A stretch of DNA of 64,000 nt. It comes from an uncultured Bacteroidales bacterium. Its GTDB lineage: Bacteria > Bacteroidota > Bacteroidia > Bacteroidales > Muribaculaceae. Shown piece after piece: positions 26,927 through 33,751 of the stretch (its first letter is position 1; every line of letters begins with the position of its first letter). The position numbers and the translations under genes are program-made. Under the pieces are notes generated by a model. The model made no database searches. It was not told the DNA's origin and saw nothing but the letters and a program-made list of their open reading frames with translations. The stretch lies in NCBI GenBank assembly GCA_902776835.1, contig CACYRK010000027.1, positions 12,782 through 76,781 on the forward strand. Direction: 5' to 3'.

Positions 26927-27790
26927 ATGGAATGGAAAGAAAACATAAACAAGCAGCACAAGGACGGAATACATGAGCCTTCGATGAAGCGCCGCTGCAC
27001 AGCGCACGATTACAAAAACCGCTGCTTTTACATGATAACGCTAGTGGTAAACAAGCGCCATCCGCTGCTGGGCACCATCGAAGGTGACGGGCTGACGAAC
27101 CAGGCCCAAATAAAACTTGGCGTGCTTGGCCAAGCAGTGACCAAAGAACTTGTCGCTATCCCAAATTTTTACCCGCAACTCGAAATTGGAAGGCTACAAA
27201 TCATGCCCGACCACCTTCACGTCATAATCTTTGTGAAAGAACCCATTCCAGTGCATTTGGGGAGAATAATAAATGGTTTTAAAGTCGCTTGCAACAAAGC
27301 GTTCAGAGCGCTCAAAGAGCAAGGAAAAGTCAAAAGTGACTCAACAGCACTTTGGGAGCAAGGATATCACGACCGCATCCTGCGCCATGAAGGCCAACTT
27401 CAAAGAATGCGCAACTACATCGCCGACAATCCACGCCGCTGGGCCATCAAAAAGAATAACCCTGAGTTGTTCCGCGTGCGGCACAATGTGGAGGCTGGAG
27501 GCCAACTCTTTGCAGCACAAGGCAATGTGTTTCTTCTCGACGCTCCTTGGCTCGTGGCGGTGAAGTGCAGCCGGAGTCTCAGCCAGGATGAGATTGCAAG
27601 AGAATGCGAGCGTTATCTCTCGCAAGCCCGAGAGGGGGCCGTGCTGGTGTCGCCGAGCATCAGCGCAGGCGAGAAAGCGGTTATGCGCGCGGCTTTTGAC
27701 CAAGGTTTTCCCCTCATCTTCTTGCAAGACGAGATGGCCGAGGCAATCTGCAGTGAAAATCGTGGCACAGCCACAATGCAAAAGCCGTGA
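26927..27790 (+). CDS. RAYT-like HUH (Y1, IS200/IS605-superfamily) transposase with ~100-aa C-terminal extension, copy 1
   Basis: RRCTAHDYKNRCFYMITLV, PDHLHVIIF (HUH), WEQGYHDRIL (catalytic Tyr), NYIADNPRRW. Then an extra domain: LFAAQGNVFLLDAPWLVAVKCSR...GAVLVSPSISAGEKAVMRAAF. Confidence 0.75.
   Translation: MEWKENINKQHKDGIHEPSMKRRCTAHDYKNRCFYMITLVVNKRHPLLGTIEGDGLTNQAQIKLGVLGQAVTKELVAIPNFYPQLEIGRLQIMPDHLHVIIFVKEPIPVHLGRIINGFKVACNKAFRALKEQGKVKSDSTALWEQGYHDRILRHEGQLQRMRNYIADNPRRWAIKKNNPELFRVRHNVEAGGQLFAAQGNVFLLDAPWLVAVKCSRSLSQDEIARECERYLSQAREGAVLVSPSISAGEKAVMRAAFDQGFPLIFLQDEMAEAICSENRGTATMQKP
27419..27729 (+). repeat. 311-nt direct repeat (3' part of RAYT copy 1)
   Basis: Hand alignment to 33311..33621 gives 12 mismatches and no indels (about 96% identity). 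Confidence 0.85.
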
Positions 27791-27797
27791 ATAAGAT

Positions 27798-27848
27798 TCA
27801 CAGGCGGGGTTTGGTGGCCGCGGTTGTGCCGCGGCGGGGTGGGAGAGG
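27798..27848. repeat. REP-like hairpin repeat, right flank of RAYT copy 1
   Basis: See 26824..26874. Starts 7 nt after the RAYT stop. Confidence 0.75.
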
Positions 27849-27889
27849 GTAATTTTCGGGGAGGGAATGGGTGTTATGGATATTTTTTG

Positions 27890-27897
27890 TAATTTTG
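27890..27897 (+). promoter_or_regulatory. -7 promoter box (TAATTTTG) for ybaK-aroC
   Basis: Exact TAnnTTTG in ttttttgtaattttg, 17 nt upstream of ATG 27915. Lies at the outer end of the right inverted repeat of RAYT copy 1. Confidence 0.5.
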
Positions 27898-27914
27898 CGG
27901 AAAAATAGTGGCTT

Positions 27915-28394
27915 ATGAAGAAAATCAATAAGACTAATGCTGCGCGACTGCTCGACAGGGCCAAGATGCCCTACGAACTGGTGCCCTATGAGGTCGACGA
28001 GAACAACCTTGCCGCCGACCATGTGGCGCAGGCGCTGGGCGAGGACATCAACTGCGTGTTTAAGACACTGGTGCTGCATGGCGACCGTGTGGGCCACCTC
28101 GTGTGTGTGGTGCCCGGCAATGCCGAGGTCGACCTGAAGAAGGCCGCGCGCGCCGCCGGCGACAAAAAGGTGGAGATGATTCACATGAAGGACCTGCTGC
28201 CCACCACGGGTTACATTCGCGGCGGTTGCTCGCCAATAGGCATGAAAAAGCCCTTCCCTACGTTTATCCACCAGTCCTGCCTGCAGTACCCCGTCATCTA
28301 CGTCAGCGCCGGAATGCGCGGCCTGCAGTTGAAAATCGCTCCGCAAGCCCTCGTTGACTTTGTTGGCGCCACAGTAACTGATTTAATCGAGTAA
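27915..28394 (+). CDS. ybaK: Cys-tRNA(Pro)/Cys-tRNA(Cys) deacylase YbaK
   Basis: MKKINKTNAARLLDRAKMPYELVPYEVD... and the KTLVL...HM YbaK/EbsC pattern; 159 aa. Confidence 0.85.
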   Translation: MKKINKTNAARLLDRAKMPYELVPYEVDENNLAADHVAQALGEDINCVFKTLVLHGDRVGHLVCVVPGNAEVDLKKAARAAGDKKVEMIHMKDLLPTTGYIRGGCSPIGMKKPFPTFIHQSCLQYPVIYVSAGMRGLQLKIAPQALVDFVGATVTDLIE

Positions 28395-28395
28395 G

Positions 28396-29418
28396 ATGAA
28401 AAATAGGATAGGCAACATCTTCAGCCTCACCAGTTTCGGTGAGAGCCACGGCCCTGCTATGGGTGGCGTTATTGACGGCATGCCTGCTGGCGTGCCCATC
28501 AATCTCGATGATATTCAGTTCTTTGTGAACCGTCGTCGCCCAGGCCAGTCGTCAGTAACCAGCGCGCGCGCCGAGGCCGACCGCGTTCACGTGCTCTCAG
28601 GTGTCTTCGAGGGTGTGACCCTTGGCACGCCCATCGGTTTTGTGGTGTATAACGAAGACCAGCACAGCAGCGACTACGACGCGCTGAAGGACTGCTATCG
28701 TCCCTCGCATGCCGATTTCACCTATGAGGCTAAGTTTGGCCGTCGCGACCATCGTGGCGGCGGACGCGCGTCGGCGCGCGAGACGGTGAGCCGCGTCGTG
28801 GCCGGGGCGTTTGCCATGCAGGCCCTGAACCAGATGGGAATTACCATCCGTTCCAAAGTAATAGAGGCTGCCGGATTGCCCGAGCCAAGTCCATGGTATA
28901 TGGAAGAACTTATCGAAACTATTGAGGACGCTCGTCGCAAAGGCGACACGATTGGTGGCTGCATCAGGTGTATAATACATGGAGTGCCTGCCGGGTTGGG
29001 GGAGCCGGTGTTCGACAAACTCTCGGCACAGTTGGCTTACGCCATGATGAGCATCCCCGCCGCCAAAGCATTTGAGATGGGCATTGGGCGCGACTTTGCC
29101 CGCAAGATGGGCTCGCAGGTGATCGACCAATTTGCCACCGCCGACGATGGCTCAATCACCACTCTTACCAACCACTCGGCGGGTATCCAGGGTGGCATCA
29201 GCAACGGGCAGGAAATTTGTTTTGATGTCACTTTCAAGCCGGTGGCAACGCTCATGCGACCCCTGCCCACCGTCGACCGTCAAGGCAACCCGGTGACACT
29301 GCAACCCGGCGGCCGGCACGATGTGTACGTGGTGCCGCGTGCGCTGCCCATCGTCGAGGCGATGGCGGCCATCGTCATGCTCGACAATGTGCTGATGAAT
29401 CGTGCCAGCCAAATCTGA
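28396..29418 (+). CDS. aroC: Chorismate synthase
   Basis: FGESHGPAMGGVIDGMPAG, RRPGQS, GGGRASARET motifs. Confidence 0.93.
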   Translation: MKNRIGNIFSLTSFGESHGPAMGGVIDGMPAGVPINLDDIQFFVNRRRPGQSSVTSARAEADRVHVLSGVFEGVTLGTPIGFVVYNEDQHSSDYDALKDCYRPSHADFTYEAKFGRRDHRGGGRASARETVSRVVAGAFAMQALNQMGITIRSKVIEAAGLPEPSPWYMEELIETIEDARRKGDTIGGCIRCIIHGVPAGLGEPVFDKLSAQLAYAMMSIPAAKAFEMGIGRDFARKMGSQVIDQFATADDGSITTLTNHSAGIQGGISNGQEICFDVTFKPVATLMRPLPTVDRQGNPVTLQPGGRHDVYVVPRALPIVEAMAAIVMLDNVLMNRASQI

Positions 29419-29438
29419 TGAAAAATACGTAATCAACA

Positions 29439-30170
29439 ATGACAAAGGAATTTAGCAAAACATTCTACCTCGCTGCCGGTGAGTGCAACCCGCAGGGCGA
29501 GATGCCCATGCCGCTGCTCGTGCACCGCGTTATCGAGGTCGCCACATTGCACGCCAATTCATGGGGAATCGGCTACCGATACCTCATCGAGCATAATCAC
29601 GCCTGGGTGCTGTCGAGAATCACTCTAGAGTTGCACCGCACGCCGCGCGTCGACGAGCATTACACCGTCACCACCTGGATCGAGGACTACAACCGGCACT
29701 TCTCGCTGCGTTGCATGGAGGTAACCGACGAGCAGGGCGAGCCCATCGGCTACATTCGCACCGTGTGGATGGTGATCGACCTGGCGGCGCGCTCGAGCGT
29801 CGATATCACTCGCATCGATAAGATTCGCGACAACGTGTCGGCGCGCCGTTGCCCCATTGATCCACAGAGCCGCCTGCGTCCCATTGCCGGCGAGCCGGCC
29901 AGCAACTACCGCTTCACCTATGTCGACTGCGATTTCAACCGCCACGTGAACACTGTGCGATACCTCGAGTTGCTCATGAACCAGTTCGATATGGAGCATT
30001 ACGACCGCAACCGCCTGTCGCGCGTCGAGATGGCCTTTGTCAAGGAGACGCACTACGGCAGCGAGGCTACGATTGCTGTGGCTCGTGATGGGATGAATTG
30101 GGCCATGAACATCATGGTCGATGGCGAGGACCACGTCAGGGCAAAGTTATGCTTCACTGAGCGGCAGTGA
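29439..30170 (+). CDS. Acyl-[acyl-carrier-protein] thioesterase
   Basis: Double hot-dog layout: ECNPQGEMP..., HAWVLSR..., NRHVNTVRYLE. Confidence 0.75.
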   Translation: MTKEFSKTFYLAAGECNPQGEMPMPLLVHRVIEVATLHANSWGIGYRYLIEHNHAWVLSRITLELHRTPRVDEHYTVTTWIEDYNRHFSLRCMEVTDEQGEPIGYIRTVWMVIDLAARSSVDITRIDKIRDNVSARRCPIDPQSRLRPIAGEPASNYRFTYVDCDFNRHVNTVRYLELLMNQFDMEHYDRNRLSRVEMAFVKETHYGSEATIAVARDGMNWAMNIMVDGEDHVRAKLCFTERQ

Positions 30171-30750
30171 CACCGTCGATGTCGCTTAGCCGCGACTGAA
30201 GCGCCGGCATGGCGTCGGCATCGCACTCCACCGTCATGCGGCACACATTGTCGAACTGCTGCTCCACGATGCGTGTGTCGGTTTTCTTCAGCAGCGACAT
30301 CACGGCGTTCATAGCCAGGTAGGGAAACTGGAACGTGAACTGCGCCTGCTCATGGCACTCCAGGATTTCGCCGGCCTCGATGGCAAGCCGTGCCGCCTCG
30401 CGGTAGGCACCAATCAGTCCGCTGGTACCCAATTTGATGCCGCCAAAGTAACGTATCACAACTATCACCACGTTGGTCAGCCCGAAGGAGTTGATTTGCC
30501 CCAATATGGGCTTGCCGGCAGTGCCGCTGGGCTCACCGTTGTCGCTCGACAGATACTCGTTGCGCGCCGTGCCTATCATATAGGCCCAGCACACGTGGCG
30601 AGCGTCGTGATACTTGTTCTGATAAGTTTTCACAACGCCCTTGGCATCCTCGGCGCTGCTCACCGGCTCGGCAAAGGCGATGAATTTGCTCATCTTCTCC
30701 TTGTAGATGCCCTGGCTAACGCCCTTCAATGTCTTATAGAAATCGCTCAC
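30154..30750 (-). CDS. yigZ: YigZ/IMPACT-family protein
   Basis: KMSKFIAFAEPVSS..., HVCWAY, DNGEPSGTAGKPIL motifs. The 3' end overlaps the thioesterase 3' end by 17 nt (convergent). Confidence 0.85.
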   Translation of the reverse strand: MSDFYKTLKGVSQGIYKEKMSKFIAFAEPVSSAEDAKGVVKTYQNKYHDARHVCWAYMIGTARNEYLSSDNGEPSGTAGKPILGQINSFGLTNVVIVVIRYFGGIKLGTSGLIGAYREAARLAIEAGEILECHEQAQFTFQFPYLAMNAVMSLLKKTDTRIVEQQFDNVCRMTVECDADAMPALQSRLSDIDGVTAAQ

Positions 30751-30814
30751 GGTACTGTCTTGCTTTTATTGTGCGAAATTAGTACAAAATGAGCAATAAT
30801 CCAAAAAATAAGGC

Positions 30815-30822
30815 TATATTTG
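30815..30822 (+). promoter_or_regulatory. -7 promoter box (TATATTTG) for the 30879 lipoprotein gene
   Basis: Exact TAnnTTTG, 56 nt upstream of the ATG. Confidence 0.5.
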
Positions 30823-30878
30823 TAGTCTCTAATTGAGCACGATGCGTTGCACGTTGTGCGTTTAGCACTGAATCAACT

Positions 30879-32000
30879 ATGACACACATCTTTAACTTCA
30901 AGTTTGGTCGATGGGCACTGCTGCTGTTGCTGGGCACGCTGTCGGCAGGGTGTTTCCACACCCATTCGGCATCGCCCAGCGAGGGTGAGGCGCAAACTGT
31001 GGTCGACATGCAGGCGCAAGCCGCGATGAGCAATGGGCCCTCGCGCACCGACCGGAAAAAGTCGCAAGCCACAATTGCCGACAATAAGGAGTGGCGCGAA
31101 CTTGTGCTGCAAGCCATCGGCCTCTTCCCCGACAAGGGCGGATACTACACGGGCGGCAAGCCTAACAAGCAGTTCGCCACCACCACCTGGCAGGGCCTCA
31201 ACAATGCTTACCAGATGGGCACGCGCGACCGCAGGCCGCGTTTCGACCCCGTGAAAGCCCAACCCTCGTTCTGCTCCAGCGCCACTTATGCCGTGCTCAT
31301 CAAGGCGTTGCTGATGTGGGACGACAAGCACGGCCAGCGCATCTCGCGACAGGCATGGGTCAACATGAAGCCGTATGTGGGCATTGCCGACGAACTGAAC
31401 CCCAGCGGACTCTCGCAGGGCGACGGCGTGGGATTTTGGGGCTGCTGCAACGCCAACGGGCCCGGCATCGGGGTCCTCGTGGCTGAACTGAACGCCGGAG
31501 AGAGTTTCACCGCCTTCCGTGGCGCAAAAACCGCCGAGTTCAAGGAGACGCCCGACGAGCCTTACTTCACCGACGAGCAATGGGCCGCACATCCCATTTG
31601 GCAACTCGCCAAGCCGGGCGACATGATGAAAATCTTTTGGAACCGCAACGAGTCGCGTGGCCACGATGGCGGAGCGATTATCGGCGATGACGGCGTAGAG
31701 GGGCATCGGCAAGAGGCCGGACACAGCGTGGTGTTTCTGGGCATCGACAAGGATGGCGAGGTGCACTACTGGAGCAGCAACGGCCCCGGTGAGCATCCCG
31801 AAACCATGGGCTACGGACGCGCACATTGCCCCACAGCCGACATCCAGCGCGTGGTGTTCACCCGCATCACCCATCCCGAGCGGTTCGACAACGCGCGAAA
31901 CATGGGGCCAATGAGTGTTAACCGCTACCTGCGCGACCTGAACGGTCACCTCCACAGTACCACACAGCAAATGCTGAAAGCATTGAAAATCAATAAATAA
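30879..32000 (+). CDS. Hypothetical lipoprotein, possible papain-fold (Cys...His) hydrolase
   Basis: Lipobox LGTLSAGC. The QPSFCSSATY ... PGDMMKIFW ... EAGHSVVFLG ... YWSSNG order resembles NlpC/P60- or CHAP-like catalytic Cys then His. No family is firmly recognised. Confidence 0.55.
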   Translation: MTHIFNFKFGRWALLLLLGTLSAGCFHTHSASPSEGEAQTVVDMQAQAAMSNGPSRTDRKKSQATIADNKEWRELVLQAIGLFPDKGGYYTGGKPNKQFATTTWQGLNNAYQMGTRDRRPRFDPVKAQPSFCSSATYAVLIKALLMWDDKHGQRISRQAWVNMKPYVGIADELNPSGLSQGDGVGFWGCCNANGPGIGVLVAELNAGESFTAFRGAKTAEFKETPDEPYFTDEQWAAHPIWQLAKPGDMMKIFWNRNESRGHDGGAIIGDDGVEGHRQEAGHSVVFLGIDKDGEVHYWSSNGPGEHPETMGYGRAHCPTADIQRVVFTRITHPERFDNARNMGPMSVNRYLRDLNGHLHSTTQQMLKALKINK

Positions 32001-32009
32001 TCTTATACT

Positions 32010-32780
32010 ATGAATACTAGCAAAATTGTACTCATCACTGGTGCCACGAGCGGCATCGGACGGGCTTGTGCAATGAAGTTTGCAAGCCAACCAGGTTATG
32101 ACGTAATTATCACTGGCCGCAAGCCGGAATTGCTTGCCGACCTTGAGGCCGAGTTGAAAAAGTGTGGCAAGGGCCGCGTGACCACCTTGTGTTTCGACGT
32201 GCGCGAACGTGGTGTCGCCTTTGAAGCCATCGCCTCGCTGCCCGCCGACTGGGCCGAAATCGACGTGCTCATCAACAATGCCGGCCTCGCACTGGGCCTT
32301 GAGCCGGAATACGACGGCAGTTACCTCGATTGGGACACGATGATCGACACCAACATCAAGGGCTTGCTGACCATGACGCGCCTGGTGGTGCCGGGTATGG
32401 TGGAACGCAACCGCGGCCATGTGATTAACATCGGCTCGGTGGCTGGCGACGCCGCTTACGCCGGCGGTAACGTGTATTGCGCCACTAAGGCTGCTGTGAA
32501 GACGCTCACCGACGGCTTGCGCATCGACGTGGCACACACCGCAGTGCGCGTGACAAACATCAAGCCCGGATTGGTGGAGACCAACTTCAGCAACACCCGT
32601 TTCCACGGCGACAACGCCCGCGCCGACAAGGTGTACCAAGGCATCGAGCCGCTCACCGGCGACGATATTGCCGACGTAGCCCTCTACGCAGCACAGGCTC
32701 CCGCCCACGTGCAGATTGCCGAGGTCCTCGTCTTGGCCACCCACCAAGCCAGCGGCTCAGTAATCCACCGCAACTCCTAA
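32010..32780 (+). CDS. SDR-family NAD(P)-dependent oxidoreductase (YdfG-like)
   Basis: TGATSGIGRA, NNAG, YCATKAAV (YxxxK). Confidence 0.88.
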   Translation: MNTSKIVLITGATSGIGRACAMKFASQPGYDVIITGRKPELLADLEAELKKCGKGRVTTLCFDVRERGVAFEAIASLPADWAEIDVLINNAGLALGLEPEYDGSYLDWDTMIDTNIKGLLTMTRLVVPGMVERNRGHVINIGSVAGDAAYAGGNVYCATKAAVKTLTDGLRIDVAHTAVRVTNIKPGLVETNFSNTRFHGDNARADKVYQGIEPLTGDDIADVALYAAQAPAHVQIAEVLVLATHQASGSVIHRNS

Positions 32781-32781
32781 T

Positions 32782-32810
32782 CCCAGCCACAGCACTGCTG
32801 TGGCACAGGG
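32782..32810. repeat. REP-like hairpin repeat, left flank of RAYT copy 2
   Basis: The reverse complement of cccagccacagcactgctgtggcacaggg matches 33637..33665 at 27/29. Internal CCACAGC-n3-GCTGTGG hairpin. Ends 8 nt before the ATG. Confidence 0.75.
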
Positions 32811-32818
32811 AACTTCTT

Positions 32819-33625
32819 ATGGATTGGGAAGAGTATAAAAACAAAAAACAGTGGGCTGGAAAGGCCAAGCCTTCGATGACCCGTCGCCGCATCGGCCACG
32901 ATTACCATGGCCGATGCATTTACATGGTCACGCTGGTGGTTAACGGCCGACAGCCGCTGCTGGGCACTATCAAGGGCGATGGCGAGAAGACACCTGCGAA
33001 AATGCTGCTCAGCGACCTCGGCGATGCTGTGTCACAAGCACTTAGCAGTCTTCCACGCTTTTATCCTGCACTGCAAATATGGAATCATCAAGTCATGCCC
33101 GACCATTTGCATGCCATCTTTTTTGTGCAAGAGCCCATCCCAATGCATTTCGGAAAAATAGTAAATGGCTTTAAAACCGCTTGTAACAAGGCATTAAGGA
33201 GACTTAAAGAGCAAGGAAAAGTGAAGACGGGCCTGATGTCACTTTGGGAACCAGGCTATAACGATCGCATCCTTGACCATGAAGGGCAACTCCAGCGCAT
33301 GAAAAACTACATCGCCGACAACCCTCGCCGCTGGGCCATCAAAAGGAATAACCCTGAGTTGTTTCGTGTGCGGCACAATGTGGAGGCTGGAGGCCAACTC
33401 TTTGCAGCACAAGGCAATGTTTTCCTTCTCGACGCTCCTTGGCTCGTGGCGGTGAAATGCAGCCGGAGTCTCAGCGAGGATGAGATTGCAAGAGAATGCG
33501 ATCGATATCTCTCGCAAGCCCAAGAGGGGGCCGTGCTGGTGTCGCCGAGCATCAGCGCAGGCGAGAAAGCGGTTATGCGCGCGGCTTTTGACCAAGGTTT
33601 TCCCCTCATCTTCTTGCAAGATTGA
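32819..33625 (+). CDS. RAYT-like HUH (Y1) transposase with C-terminal extension, copy 2
   Basis: RRRIGHDYHGRCIYMVTLV, PDHLHAIFF, WEPGYNDRIL, NYIADNPRRW. The C-terminal extension is nearly identical to copy 1. Confidence 0.75.
   Translation: MDWEEYKNKKQWAGKAKPSMTRRRIGHDYHGRCIYMVTLVVNGRQPLLGTIKGDGEKTPAKMLLSDLGDAVSQALSSLPRFYPALQIWNHQVMPDHLHAIFFVQEPIPMHFGKIVNGFKTACNKALRRLKEQGKVKTGLMSLWEPGYNDRILDHEGQLQRMKNYIADNPRRWAIKRNNPELFRVRHNVEAGGQLFAAQGNVFLLDAPWLVAVKCSRSLSEDEIARECDRYLSQAQEGAVLVSPSISAGEKAVMRAAFDQGFPLIFLQD
33311..33621 (+). repeat. 311-nt direct repeat (3' part of RAYT copy 2)
   Basis: Partner of 27419..27729. Confidence 0.85.
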
Positions 33626-33636
33626 TTATTGTGGTT

Positions 33637-33665
33637 CTCTGTGCCACAGCATTGCTGTGGCTGGG
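33637..33665. repeat. REP-like hairpin repeat, right flank of RAYT copy 2
   Basis: ctctgtgccacagcattgctgtggctggg; starts 11 nt after the stop. Confidence 0.75.
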
Positions 33666-33674
33666 TTGAGATAG

Positions 33675-33708
33675 CACAGGCGGCGCCCGAGATTGGGTGC
33701 CGCCTGTG
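33675..33708. terminator. Hairpin between RAYT copy 2 and the C10 gene 3' ends
   Basis: cacaggcggc ... gccgcctgtg (10 bp); weak T-run. Confidence 0.4.
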
Positions 33709-33751
33709 TTATATTGCGGGTGCAAGCCTTGTGAAGGCTTGGCCTGGATGC

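Noticed and set aside
30873-32747. 624-aa minus-strand ORF spanning the lipoprotein and SDR genes
   Set aside because: It crosses an intergenic gap between two well-supported + strand genes (lipobox protein; SDR with TGxxxGIG/YxxxK). Its composition is antisense-like (G/H/V/A-rich).
26760-33710. Composite transposon formed by the two RAYT-like genes
   Set aside because: The cargo is ordinary housekeeping genes with host-like composition. The two copies have different terminal hairpins, and Y1/RAYT enzymes are not known to mobilise composite elements. I keep only the recombination-substrate point as a finding.
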